Assembly: GCA_025544715.1 (NCBI GenBank)
Contig: GCA_025544715.1_4109.2
DNA from: Escherichia coli
GTDB taxonomy: Bacteria > Pseudomonadota > Gammaproteobacteria > Enterobacterales > Enterobacteriaceae
Reading direction: 5' to 3' (one strand)
Length of the DNA: 64,000 bases
Numbering within the stretch: the stretch's first letter is position 1; the number at the start of each line of letters is the position of its first letter. A program made the translations under genes and the position numbers. Below the pieces are notes generated by a model, which was not told where the DNA came from, made no database searches, and saw nothing but the letters and a program-made list of their open reading frames with translations. Positions 31,412 to 40,961 of this stretch are shown one piece after another.

Positions 31412-31791
31412 AGTTTTTTCCAGTCCAATGAATCGAAATCGATTTGCTCAGGATTATCAACAGCGACAACTCGTGCATTATGAAGAGTTTCAAAGTAGCC
31501 GTTCCACGGTGTTCGTAATGGAACTGTCACATCGCCAACTTTAACCAAGAATGAATATTCTGGTGATATTGGGTCAAACCACTCTTTTTGTTTAGCATTT
31601 TCAACGATAGTTTCGTGTTCTTTAGTATAGCAATTATCTTGCTTCATATAAAACACCCAATGCTCTTTTAGGCACTGTAAAGCAGCAACTGCTTCCTCTT
31701 TAGAAGACCATTGAATATCAATTGTATCAAGAACGTCATAACAATTTTCAGTGTCCCCTGTAGTGTAATGTACTTCAATGCTGTATTTCAT
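31408..31791 (-). CDS. hypothetical protein (127 aa)
   Basis: ORF track; lacks the family motif. Confidence 0.45.
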   Translation of the reverse strand: MKYSIEVHYTTGDTENCYDVLDTIDIQWSSKEEAVAALQCLKEHWVFYMKQDNCYTKEHETIVENAKQKEWFDPISPEYSFLVKVGDVTVPLRTPWNGYFETLHNARVVAVDNPEQIDFDSLDWKKL

Positions 31792-32246
31792 TAATCATCG
31801 CCTTTTAGTAATTTACAAATTTCAATCATATGATAATAACATGTATTCCAAAATTGTCCATTAGTACTTCCAACATCATGCACTGTACTTTGCTGGAACA
31901 CATATTCATCGTTGAACATCATTTTAATATCATCAATGTAAAATTCTGGTTTTGAATCATTATTGTATTCAATACTCGTTTCACCATCTGGATCAAGTGA
32001 AATTGATGATATGTCGTGAATTCCTCTCGGATTTGTTGGATAAATTCTCAACGTAAGAGGATAGAAGTCTGGATCGGTTTCATAAGTATATTCGATTATG
32101 TAATAACCATCACCAGTAATTGATTGATATTTAAATGTAGTTTCAATTGAATTTGAGATGTTAAATCCCAGTTTCTTTATCTCATGTAGATGTGATAATA
32201 TTTTATGTAAAGATCCTAAAACATGAATCAAATTATCAATTTTCAT
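31791..32246 (-). CDS. EE-x-FFQ-x-S motif paralogue family protein
   Basis: C-terminal FNDEYVFQQSTVHDVGS. Confidence 0.55.
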   Translation of the reverse strand: MKIDNLIHVLGSLHKILSHLHEIKKLGFNISNSIETTFKYQSITGDGYYIIEYTYETDPDFYPLTLRIYPTNPRGIHDISSISLDPDGETSIEYNNDSKPEFYIDDIKMMFNDEYVFQQSTVHDVGSTNGQFWNTCYYHMIEICKLLKGDD

Positions 32247-32785
32247 TTACGATCCTTTGAAAAGTTCAGTTTAAAAGTTTTACCAAATTCCATTGTAGCT
32301 TTACCCAGATTGTTAATATTTTCTTTCAACATTTCTTGCATCTTCCTAATACTTTCAATCCAGGTTTCTTCTTCGATACGAAGAATTGGTCGCAATCGTT
32401 CCTGAATATCGTTAAAACGTGTATTGAGTTCAACCAATGATTCATATGTGAAATCTTTCATATCGATAATAGTACTTCTTTGAAAGAATTCTTCTTCAGA
32501 CAAATTACTTAAAATGATTTTATCACGACCAATAGATAATGTCAATTCATCATCTTTATTTTTTTTAATTACAATACTAACAGGTGTTTTTAATGTAATG
32601 CAAATATCATGATTATTAAATGTTTCAGTTTGGTTTGACATTCTGAATTGAAGTTTCCCAGATAAAGCATGTACTGGTGATGGTTGCTTTTTACCAGTAA
32701 TAACATCTTCCCATGAATCGAGAATATTATTAATAATTTTAACATAAGGAATTGGCATATATGCACCTATGAAAAATCCACGCAA
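32243..32785 (-). CDS. EE-x-FFQ-x-S motif paralogue family protein (180 aa)
   Basis: LSEEEFFQRSTIIDMKDF with extended C-terminal tail. Confidence 0.55.
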   Translation of the reverse strand: MRGFFIGAYMPIPYVKIINNILDSWEDVITGKKQPSPVHALSGKLQFRMSNQTETFNNHDICITLKTPVSIVIKKNKDDELTLSIGRDKIILSNLSEEEFFQRSTIIDMKDFTYESLVELNTRFNDIQERLRPILRIEEETWIESIRKMQEMLKENINNLGKATMEFGKTFKLNFSKDRK

Positions 32786-32800
32786 TGCGTGGATTTGTAA

Positions 32801-33331
32801 TTATTCAAGTATAGTAATTTCAATTAAACGAATTTCGATAAACTCGTTTTCAGTTTCCCATGACGTGCCAAATTTCTTTTCAAGTTCAGATTTCACATCA
32901 CTTTTAAATTTTCCCATAGTATTAGGAATAATTTGTTTGGTTAATTTGTCGTAACCACAATAAAACATAGGTTTCTCCCTTCGAGATATTAGCTGAACAA
33001 AATCTTTTGGATATGCAGGTATGTTATGCATCACTTCATGAATACACTCAGTACTTGAATCTTGTACTTTGTAGATTACATTAAGTTTACCTCTGAAATT
33101 TGCGGTCATATCAACAATAGTTCCTTTACCCGATTTAAGTAAAGTTCCATTCTTTGAATGAGAGCAATAAAATACCTCATCACCAATATTAGGATAATAC
33201 AAATTAAATTCTAATTCAGATTTTACAGCCAGCCGTTTGAAACTTTCTGTACGTTTTATATAAGTTTGGTATTTGTTTATGTTCAAAAGAATATCTCTCT
33301 TAGTAAATGTGATATAACTGGCATAGTCCAT
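32801..33331 (-). CDS. hypothetical protein (176 aa)
   Basis: ORF track. Confidence 0.45.
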   Translation of the reverse strand: MDYASYITFTKRDILLNINKYQTYIKRTESFKRLAVKSELEFNLYYPNIGDEVFYCSHSKNGTLLKSGKGTIVDMTANFRGKLNVIYKVQDSSTECIHEVMHNIPAYPKDFVQLISRREKPMFYCGYDKLTKQIIPNTMGKFKSDVKSELEKKFGTSWETENEFIEIRLIEITILE

Positions 33332-34143
33332 CCATTCCCAAGCATTTTGTATGCTTGTGTCTTACTAGACACTTTAAAGAAATCTTCAGGAACACCCTGT
33401 AATTTACAACATTCTACTACACTTAAGTGTCTATAGTCAATATTTCTTTTGCCATTCTCTAATAGATATTGACGATTAATCACTGGATCACGAAACACCA
33501 ATTGTCGTCTGGATTTATTAAAGTACTGGTTACAATCACCACCTTTAAAATAGTTAGCATCTATACAGTACGAAGCGGTTCTGTCAGTGTACCAACCATC
33601 TTCAATAATATCTTGAAGTTTAGGTGCATTGGATAATGCAGGTGGTATAAAAAGCTTATCAGTACTGTACCAGTAATATCTCTGCCTGAAGTGAGGCGTA
33701 TAATGCTGGGAGTTTATCAGTACTGGCGTGATTCCTAAAATACTATTAATGTATTCTTTGAAATCTTCCTTCATTTTGACATTTTCAAACAGAAATTTCA
33801 AGTTAGGATTGAGACTTTTGATATGATCAAAAATTTCAACCATTACTAAAAATAACTGCCCACGTATATCATTTAAACCACCCTGTTTACCTGCAACTGA
33901 CCAGGCTTGGCATGGGAAACCACCCATTAATAAATCTATTTTGTCCCACTCAATATCCCATTCTCTCCACTTAGTTACATCACCCAATTGGATAATATCA
34001 GGAAAGTTAGATTGAGATTCAGCTATTGCGTACTTATCAATTTCGGATGAATAATATTTTTCAACTGGGATACCAGCATCTTGCAATGCCATATATCCCA
34101 CACTCATTCCATTAAAAAGAGAAAGTACTCGGATAGGTTTCAT
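33283..34143 (-). CDS. DNA (cytosine-5)-methyltransferase (286 aa)
   Basis: C5-MTase motifs: LSLFNGMSVG (motif I-like), GGFPCQAWS (PCQ), ENV, HFRQRYYW, MLGNGWTMPV (motif X-like). Confidence 0.75.
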   Translation of the reverse strand: MKPIRVLSLFNGMSVGYMALQDAGIPVEKYYSSEIDKYAIAESQSNFPDIIQLGDVTKWREWDIEWDKIDLLMGGFPCQAWSVAGKQGGLNDIRGQLFLVMVEIFDHIKSLNPNLKFLFENVKMKEDFKEYINSILGITPVLINSQHYTPHFRQRYYWYSTDKLFIPPALSNAPKLQDIIEDGWYTDRTASYCIDANYFKGGDCNQYFNKSRRQLVFRDPVINRQYLLENGKRNIDYRHLSVVECCKLQGVPEDFFKVSSKTQAYKMLGNGWTMPVISHLLREIFF

Positions 34144-34195
34144 ATAAAATCCTTTTTATATTGTTAAGGTACTATAATATATTATAGCATCTTAT

Positions 34196-34486
34196 TTAGA
34201 AATCTTCCAAACTTTTTTCATCACACCATCGTGATGTACAGATGATTGCAGATGCCAGAATTGAAGAACTTGCACGTCCTCCACCGAGTAAGTACTGGCT
34301 AATTACGCCAATCATATTGAACACTTTATCATACTCGGTTAGTTGTTCAAAACCTTTCTTCCAATGCTGATATTCTTCTTCTGTGATATTAAACTCACCA
34401 TCAAGTTCCTTTAAAATCTTTTTAAGCACAGCACTATGTTCACTCATCATCATCTCCATATCGTTCGTCATAAAAATCATCATCAC
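34196..34486 (-). CDS. hypothetical protein (96 aa)
   Basis: ORF track. Confidence 0.4.
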   Translation of the reverse strand: MMMIFMTNDMEMMMSEHSAVLKKILKELDGEFNITEEEYQHWKKGFEQLTEYDKVFNMIGVISQYLLGGGRASSSILASAIICTSRWCDEKSLEDF

Positions 34487-34525
34487 GATCTAATGGTTCT
34501 TTTGGCTTTTCAGACATATATTTCC

Positions 34526-34786
34526 TCACATGGTAAATGTATTATCACCATCCATATCTTCATCAGTTGCTTCAGCTAATGTCTTGATTGTAAGTAATCC
34601 ACGCTTCACGTACAACATGAAGACCTTTTCATAATTACCAAACATAATCTCAGGTGACATGTAATTCTCTGTTACAATGACGATTGGACGGCCCTGTGAA
34701 AGCATACGAAACATAGTACGATATTTGTCAAATGTGCGAAATTCATCCATGTTCATCATGTGGCGTTTACGAACTACTTTAGTCAT
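34526..34786 (-). CDS. hypothetical protein (86 aa)
   Basis: ORF track. Confidence 0.4.
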   Translation of the reverse strand: MTKVVRKRHMMNMDEFRTFDKYRTMFRMLSQGRPIVIVTENYMSPEIMFGNYEKVFMLYVKRGLLTIKTLAEATDEDMDGDNTFTM

Positions 34787-34800
34787 CTTATTACCTTTAG

Positions 34801-35241
34801 TTAATTGAACTCTACTTCTGGATAATGATTATAGAACATCTCACGAACTGCGTCAAGATGTTCTTTAAATTTCTCAATGTCATCGAGTGTTAATATAGTG
34901 TCACATATAGTACTTAACTGAAAGAGTGATTCTTCAGTACTGTTTAACTCCAAATCAAATGTAGATGACGATTCATCTGAGATAATATTACCACATATTT
35001 CAAATGTGTCAATATGAACATCATTCAGTTTATTACCAATATAATCATTATATATGAACACAAAAATGTATGATGATTTTTTAGTATAGGTTTTAACATC
35101 ATATGTTATGTAACATTTAAAGTCAAATGTATCATATTCCAATGATACAATTCCAACATCACGATATTCGTTTGTTTCACTTGTTAAATCCGGTATAGAT
35201 GTAATACCTAATAAATCAAAAAACTTTATTGGATTTAGCAT
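34801..35241 (-). CDS. EE-x-FFQ-x-S motif paralogue family protein
   Basis: C-terminal STEESLFQLSTICDTILTLDDIEKF. Confidence 0.55.
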   Translation of the reverse strand: MLNPIKFFDLLGITSIPDLTSETNEYRDVGIVSLEYDTFDFKCYITYDVKTYTKKSSYIFVFIYNDYIGNKLNDVHIDTFEICGNIISDESSSTFDLELNSTEESLFQLSTICDTILTLDDIEKFKEHLDAVREMFYNHYPEVEFN

Positions 35242-35687
35242 TTGATTACCTTTGGATTTTGTTCGATTATGTCAAATAATGACAAAACCATTTCATTTAT
35301 TTTTTCAAAACTTAAGACTATATAACTTAAATCTTTATAATCATAATTAAAATTTTGAATAAGTGATTCCTGGAAATATCCTTCTTCTGTTATGCATGTA
35401 CTTGCATTATATATAGTTGTACAAGTCACATCAGTATAAGTTGAAATAATTTCAATAATGTCAGATATAGTATTGTATATTAACATAACTGTTGTTGTTC
35501 TGATAAGTGGGTTGTAAAAGGATAACTCAGTACGGTCATAGGTCTTTTCAATATGAACTATACATGAATGTGAATAAGAACTACTAATATGTATATACTC
35601 TTTAGGTGATACTACACTTTTGGTATCGAAATTACAAGATAATGCAATTTCAAAATGTTTTTTTATTTCGTCAACATTCATCCTCAC
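35235..35687 (-). CDS. EE-x-FFQ-x-S motif paralogue family protein
   Basis: C-terminal ITEEGYFQESLIQNF. Confidence 0.55.
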   Translation of the reverse strand: MRMNVDEIKKHFEIALSCNFDTKSVVSPKEYIHISSSYSHSCIVHIEKTYDRTELSFYNPLIRTTTVMLIYNTISDIIEIISTYTDVTCTTIYNASTCITEEGYFQESLIQNFNYDYKDLSYIVLSFEKINEMVLSLFDIIEQNPKVIKC

Positions 35688-36055
35688 TCACCATTAATTT
35701 TTATATTTGTATAGTCTAATGCTTTTTTAACAATATCGATTTCTGTAATTCCTATTACATTTTTCTCAATCACTGACAATTGGAATAGTTCCTCTTCGGA
35801 AATATCAATACTGTGGATTCTTGTACAATAATCGTTGAAGTCATATACATATCGTATTGTATAGTCGTTTATAGAAACTGATACAATTGCAATCCCATCA
35901 TGGATATAAGTTAGTTCATTTGAGTATCTATTAAAAATTAACCTATCTGGTGAACCTAATGGTAGTTGAAATGTATTTCTAGTATCTTGAACAATAACAA
36001 AATCATCATCTATATTTTTACTCAGAACACCCAAAATATCATATATAGTAGTCAT
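35684..36055 (-). CDS. EE-x-FFQ-x-S motif paralogue family protein
   Basis: C-terminal ISEEELFQLSVIEKNVIGITEIDIV. Confidence 0.55.
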   Translation of the reverse strand: MTTIYDILGVLSKNIDDDFVIVQDTRNTFQLPLGSPDRLIFNRYSNELTYIHDGIAIVSVSINDYTIRYVYDFNDYCTRIHSIDISEEELFQLSVIEKNVIGITEIDIVKKALDYTNIKINGE

Positions 36056-36056
36056 G

Positions 36057-36461
36057 TTATTCTTTACCTTCAGCAGTTCTGATAATTTTCATAACTTCTC
36101 TGGATAGTGCATATACTTTTTTATAGTGCTCATACGTTACTGAACCAACATTATTAATAGTACTTTCCATGAAGAAAGTTTCTTCTGTATACAGTTCATT
36201 TGACAATGCAACCAGTTCTTGGTGAAATTTTGAGTCCTTCCAATAACGAAATTCAAAAACAAATTGTCCGTCATGTCCGACTCTACAACATTCAGAACGA
36301 TCACTGTCTACACAGCTAATAACAATATCACTTTCTGAATCATACCAGATATTTCCCATATTTGTTTCAATAACAGCATAATCAATTTTTGTAGAATTGG
36401 GAATTAAACCTTTTTTCACCAGCACTAAACTGGTATTGTCAATATCTAGTAAACTTACCAT
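36057..36461 (-). CDS. EE-x-FFQ-x-S motif paralogue family protein
   Basis: C-terminal YTEETFFMESTINNVGSVTYEHY. Confidence 0.55.
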   Translation of the reverse strand: MVSLLDIDNTSLVLVKKGLIPNSTKIDYAVIETNMGNIWYDSESDIVISCVDSDRSECCRVGHDGQFVFEFRYWKDSKFHQELVALSNELYTEETFFMESTINNVGSVTYEHYKKVYALSREVMKIIRTAEGKE

Positions 36462-36462
36462 A

Positions 36463-36873
36463 TCAATTCCTCATTACTAAAGTGTTTTTAATCTCTAACA
36501 ATTTACTATAAATCTTCTTGAATTGTAATATATCTTCAAAAGTAATACCACCAAGATCATCAACTAATGAACGTTGGAATAAAGATTCACTTGTTTGTAA
36601 TGTATCTAAATCGGTGATTTTTAATAAAGAACTTGGATTAAGTGTTTCGACTAGTAGTATGTTTTTGTATGGTACATATGTAATCTTGATGTTCTTTTTA
36701 TAATTAATCTTATAAAATCGCATAATTGACGATTCATCACTTAGTTGGATAATTGGGTCGTCTTGTTCATTAGACCACCATACAGTACTAGTCATATGAT
36801 TGACGTGGTGGTTCAATTCTGATATGTTCAAATCTAAAAAATATTTTATTTCATTGTGTAAATCTAAACTCAT
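36463..36873 (-). CDS. EE-x-FFQ-x-S motif paralogue family protein
   Basis: C-terminal QTSESLFQRSLVDDLGGITFEDILQF. Confidence 0.55.
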   Translation of the reverse strand: MSLDLHNEIKYFLDLNISELNHHVNHMTSTVWWSNEQDDPIIQLSDESSIMRFYKINYKKNIKITYVPYKNILLVETLNPSSLLKITDLDTLQTSESLFQRSLVDDLGGITFEDILQFKKIYSKLLEIKNTLVMRN

Positions 36874-36928
36874 AAATTTATCCTCAATGCAGCATCATCA
36901 TGTATTGTAGGATAAACCCACAATAATG

Positions 36929-37393
36929 TCAAGATGTAAAATAATTATACCAGTAATATAGTTCTTTTAATTCTTCAGTACTGAATAATACTTCTTCTAT
37001 TGTAGATTGTTGAAAGTGATATTCATCATTAAGATACATAGAAATATTACTATATACTTTCCTATTGTATTGACATAAAAAAGAAGTTTTTTTATTAATG
37101 TATTCAGTAAATGTTAATTTATCTAACTCAATATCGAAAGATAATCTAATAATATTAATATTATCATTTACATACATTAGTTTCTTTGAAAAATGATCAA
37201 TTGTAATATATTCTTTGTGAGAGAACTGAAATATATTATTAAATTTTTTACCATTTGTGCTTCTAAATTTTTCAAGGTAATAAGAAAGTGGTTTAATTAT
37301 TGAAGTTCCAATATTATTTTTCATATATACTCGAATTTTAGATAATAAAAATGCCCCGAAGATCGGGGCAGTACTAAAATGATTTTGTACCAA
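36929..37393 (-). CDS. EE-x-FFQ-x-S motif paralogue family protein
   Basis: C-terminal LNDEYHFQQSTIEEVLFSTEELKEL. Confidence 0.55.
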   Translation of the reverse strand: MVQNHFSTAPIFGAFLLSKIRVYMKNNIGTSIIKPLSYYLEKFRSTNGKKFNNIFQFSHKEYITIDHFSKKLMYVNDNINIIRLSFDIELDKLTFTEYINKKTSFLCQYNRKVYSNISMYLNDEYHFQQSTIEEVLFSTEELKELYYWYNYFTS

Positions 37394-37486
37394 AAGGGGA
37401 ATAAGAACAAAATGAAAATATAATAACGCATCATTATTATGTAAAGGGAGGAAAGTAACATGATATGTTAACCATTTCTGGTATAT

Positions 37487-38038
37487 TTATTTATCATTTA
37501 ATTCTTTAAGTTGGGTTTGTATATCTTTAGTTATATTGCGAATTTTCTTAAAGCAATAAACACTATCATCCAATTCGATTTTAAGTTCATGTGTAAATGC
37601 ATACAGAAGTTCAGCAAATACTAAATCTTGTCGCATCCAGTTTCCATCTTTATATAAAGTCATTACACAATATGGGCATTCACTATTAGAAGTTTGCTTT
37701 CCAATAAAAACACTTTGAATTGATTCATGCTTAAAGCCAATAAAACTTTCATTTATTTTTTTAATTTCAGTACTGATATCGAATTTAGCACTGGTGTTGA
37801 TTGCAAAAATTTTATTCCCACTTTCATCAGTATTGATATTGAGTTCAATATCACTACCTAGTTTACGTACTGCTAGAGTATAAAGAAGTAATTCATACAT
37901 GTCGTAACTTGTTACATTACCATTTGGTGCAATTACATCAACACTAACACCGTGCATTTTTACTTCTGTATTAAATCCATCTTTATCAGAAAGAAAATCA
38001 GTGATTTGCTTTGTAAGGATTTTAATTTGGTCTATCAT
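37487..38038 (-). CDS. hypothetical protein (183 aa)
   Basis: ORF track. Confidence 0.45.
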   Translation of the reverse strand: MIDQIKILTKQITDFLSDKDGFNTEVKMHGVSVDVIAPNGNVTSYDMYELLLYTLAVRKLGSDIELNINTDESGNKIFAINTSAKFDISTEIKKINESFIGFKHESIQSVFIGKQTSNSECPYCVMTLYKDGNWMRQDLVFAELLYAFTHELKIELDDSVYCFKKIRNITKDIQTQLKELNDK

Positions 38039-38091
38039 ATTTCATTTCCTTATGTGATAAAAGCCTCCATTATGGAGGCTTTTGTATTTAC

Positions 38092-38520
38092 TTAGAGAGA
38101 TTCTTCGTATTCAGCAACAATCCCAACCATTTCATTAATGAACTTGATGTGAGAATGTGTCACTGTACGGAAGTCGTAAACAAGTGACTGTTGGAAAAAT
38201 ACATCTTCATCAAGAGAACCATCAAAGTTCAAATCAATGTTTTCATCGTCATTGCTTGGTGCAACTTTAATATTCAGAAGATTTTCATCAACTGCAAGTT
38301 TTACAACACAACCCAGTGCAATGGCAAGAACATATGCTGGTTTCTTAGCTTTTTCATTACGGAATGGTGCACGTAGAGCACAAAAAGTACTGCTAATCTC
38401 ATCATTTGGTTCTTTGTATTTAACATTGACCATTAGTTCTTCGATTTTGACGCTCTCAATAACACGACCAGTTTCTGGAGCGAAGAAAGAATGTTCACGG
38501 ATAGTTTGTTCGATATTCAT
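38092..38520 (-). CDS. EE-x-FFQ-x-S motif paralogue family protein
   Basis: C-terminal SLDEDVFFQQSLVYDFRTVTHSHIKFI. Confidence 0.55.
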   Translation of the reverse strand: MNIEQTIREHSFFAPETGRVIESVKIEELMVNVKYKEPNDEISSTFCALRAPFRNEKAKKPAYVLAIALGCVVKLAVDENLLNIKVAPSNDDENIDLNFDGSLDEDVFFQQSLVYDFRTVTHSHIKFINEMVGIVAEYEESL

Positions 38521-38523
38521 ATA

Positions 38524-38718
38524 TTATTCCTTATTTAGATTGCTAAAAATACGAAGATTGCGGTTTGCTTTAAACTGTTTCAAATCACCAAATCTATCAT
38601 CAACGATGAAAGTTGCTGATTTCTTTGACTGACATATTGTACAAATCAACATACCTTGTATTGTATACTCAGTTGAGCAATTTGTACAGTACTTTTTTTC
38701 ATAAAGTTCAGTACTCAT
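38524..38718 (-). CDS. small zinc-ribbon-like protein (64 aa)
   Basis: CTNC ... CTIC cysteine pairs. Confidence 0.35.
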   Translation of the reverse strand: MSTELYEKKYCTNCSTEYTIQGMLICTICQSKKSATFIVDDRFGDLKQFKANRNLRIFSNLNKE

Positions 38719-39050
38719 AAAACCTTCACATCAGTACGTTTTTCTCTTTGTTCTTTTTTAACCTCATCAGTTCTAGTATCTTCTAATTGTAACACAACTT
38801 CTTTTAGAATGTCAACATCAATTGTTGCTTCTACATATTGATAGTCGTTTACACCAAAAACATACTTTACTGCAACCCATACACGGTTATACCATTTTAA
38901 AAAAGGATTTAAACGCATACTTATCAGACATTGACCAAGTTTATCATCTCCATATTCCTCTGTCAAGTCAAATTGTGCAATGTGAACGCAATGCTCCATT
39001 TTATCGCCACAAGAACAACGTAAAATATACTCTTTACTATCTTCACTCAT
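38715..39050 (-). CDS. hypothetical Cys-containing protein (111 aa)
   Basis: ORF track; CSCGDKMEHCVH. Confidence 0.4.
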   Translation of the reverse strand: MSEDSKEYILRCSCGDKMEHCVHIAQFDLTEEYGDDKLGQCLISMRLNPFLKWYNRVWVAVKYVFGVNDYQYVEATIDVDILKEVVLQLEDTRTDEVKKEQREKRTDVKVL

Positions 39051-39469
39051 ACTGGATAAGCCTTTAAAAATTGTTTAAGAACTCCAAACTTAGATGAATC
39101 GTAATCGTATTGATAGTTAAGCTCTCGCTTATCATTCATACGATACACCATATGAAAATTTGGATAACCAATTCTAACAGGTTTTTTAGGATTAGCAAGT
39201 AAAATTGCCCATTCTTTTACAGGAAATACGTTTTCAGACAGCATTTTGATATTTGTTTCAAAATACTTCATGGCTTGCTTTCCGTGCTTGTAATCTTCTT
39301 CACTAATCTCTTGACAATCAATTCTATGTGTTTCGGTATCTAACACCCATTGTTGATCTTCGGTATATAAATCAATTACATCATCAATAGTATAACTATC
39401 AGGTAAATCATAAAATACCCAATGAGATAAACCAGAACTTACACCAATTCGAATTTTAAAGAACTTCAT
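39047..39469 (-). CDS. hypothetical protein (140 aa)
   Basis: ORF track; ATGA overlaps. Confidence 0.45.
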   Translation of the reverse strand: MKFFKIRIGVSSGLSHWVFYDLPDSYTIDDVIDLYTEDQQWVLDTETHRIDCQEISEEDYKHGKQAMKYFETNIKMLSENVFPVKEWAILLANPKKPVRIGYPNFHMVYRMNDKRELNYQYDYDSSKFGVLKQFLKAYPV

Positions 39470-39627
39470 TCTTTATCACCTTTTACATAATTATAACACA
39501 CGACACAGTGAATTACAAGAAGAATTATTTCCACAATATTAAGAGACAATACATGACTCTGCGGTGTGAAAAGTGCCGATAACAACATTATAGCAGGTAT
39601 TGTGAATATTTTCCAAGTTTTTTTCAT
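39466..39627 (-). CDS. small membrane protein (about 53 aa)
   Basis: track ORF 39466-39771 trimmed to internal Met MKKTWKIFTIPAIMLLSALF to avoid overlap with 39629-39859. Confidence 0.3.
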   Translation of the reverse strand: MKKTWKIFTIPAIMLLSALFTPQSHVLSLNIVEIILLVIHCVVCYNYVKGDKE

Positions 39628-39628
39628 T

Positions 39629-39859
39629 TTATTCCTTTGTATATGCGTATGGTAAAAATAAAACCTCTGCATTAGGAATGCATTGTGCCAATCCTTCAAC
39701 AATAGATTTGTTTTTATTACATTGCCAAACTTTAGTAATTTTATGTCTAAATACTTTTTTATCAACGACAATCCAGTACATGTCCATTTTAACAGTACTG
39801 TTATCAGATGGTGTTAGTAAAGTATCGATGTCATATGTATCAAAGATTTTGTCGTTCAT
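39629..39859 (-). CDS. hypothetical protein (76 aa)
   Basis: ORF track. Confidence 0.35.
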   Translation of the reverse strand: MNDKIFDTYDIDTLLTPSDNSTVKMDMYWIVVDKKVFRHKITKVWQCNKNKSIVEGLAQCIPNAEVLFLPYAYTKE

Positions 39860-40118
39860 ATAATCTCCTAATAAAGTATTCTCGATTCTCTCTTATATAC
39901 CCAGATACACAGTTAGTTGTGGCTTGGTTAGTGAATGAAATCTCACTATTGGACACACCATTTGAATCACACAAAGGACATATTCCCATGTACATGGGGG
40001 TCGGGTAGGTGTCCAATTTGTATTTTTCATTACACACCATGTACTGCTGTGGTAATACATCTAATATTATTTCATATTCTTCATCAAACACCTTGACACA
40101 TACCCAACATTTATTCAT
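39840..40118 (-). CDS. hypothetical Cys-rich protein (92 aa)
   Basis: CWVC ... CPLCD pairs suggest zinc binding. Confidence 0.4.
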   Translation of the reverse strand: MNKCWVCVKVFDEEYEIILDVLPQQYMVCNEKYKLDTYPTPMYMGICPLCDSNGVSNSEISFTNQATTNCVSGYIRENREYFIRRLYERQNL

Positions 40119-40602
40119 TATTGTTTTCCTTTAACACCGTTCTTATGTCTTCGAATGTTTTAACAAACCAATCATGTTCGTCGGATACATCTACAACTTT
40201 ACCACCATATACATAGTAATGGTAAAAAGGCAATTTGCTTTTTCTTAATCTTTCGGCTAACTCTGGATTTTGAATTATCTTAGCACAAATAGCATCTTGG
40301 ATTATTGAGATACAATCATCTGTCATTTCAATTCGATCATGCATATATTTGTTAGCGGCGGCCTTTGCTGCTGCCCCATATACTTTTCTAAGGTCATCAT
40401 GTTTTTGACCAGTTAAAAACCAAAAGTAAAATGTTTCAACTGATGGGAACCATCCATATGGTTCAAGTTTGAAGCTGTGCGAAGAAAAGTTAGATAGATC
40501 TCTACCTAACTTCGTTCTGGCTTTACTATAAATGTTAATATGTCGGTATCCATCATCAGTAGGGTCAATGAAGTTAAATGACTCTTCTGGGAATTCAAAC
40601 AT
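40111..40602 (-). CDS. possible YbiA/NADAR-like domain protein (163 aa)
   Basis: HINIYSKARTKLGRDLSNF...PSVETFYF resembles YbiA INFYS...FSNF region, by recall. Confidence 0.35.
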   Translation of the reverse strand: MFEFPEESFNFIDPTDDGYRHINIYSKARTKLGRDLSNFSSHSFKLEPYGWFPSVETFYFWFLTGQKHDDLRKVYGAAAKAAANKYMHDRIEMTDDCISIIQDAICAKIIQNPELAERLRKSKLPFYHYYVYGGKVVDVSDEHDWFVKTFEDIRTVLKENNNE

Positions 40603-40604
40603 AA

Positions 40605-40958
40605 TTATTCTTCTTCTCCTGAAGGAGTTCCACGTAGTTTATCAAAATCAACCCAAATACCATGCTGGTTTTTAAATCGACATTTCTCATAGTACCAACT
40701 ATAGTCTGTTTCAACACCTTGTGAAATAGAACGTACACTACAATCATACATATTATATAAATGTTCCCTGACAATATATGTATTAATCAGTACAACGAAT
40801 AATACAATAATACCACAGATTTTAGGATGATCCATAATCAAGTCAAGTACTGATCTAGTTTCAGAACTATCAATCTTACTTCTACAAATAGCAACAATTT
40901 TAAGAACAGCGAATGATACCAGTAACGAAATTACAATAACACTTAAATAAATTAGCAT
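40605..40958 (-). CDS. hypothetical membrane protein (117 aa)
   Basis: N-terminal TM helices. Confidence 0.4.
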   Translation of the reverse strand: MLIYLSVIVISLLVSFAVLKIVAICRSKIDSSETRSVLDLIMDHPKICGIIVLFVVLINTYIVREHLYNMYDCSVRSISQGVETDYSWYYEKCRFKNQHGIWVDFDKLRGTPSGEEE

Positions 40959-40961
40959 AAA

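Noticed and set aside
38237-38632. 131-aa plus-strand ORF from the track (and most other plus-strand ORFs, e.g. 44520-44933, 54218-54547, 1264-1587)
   Set aside because: They lie antisense inside well-supported minus-strand genes and are Ser/Leu-rich low-complexity frames typical of shadow ORFs in AT-rich DNA.
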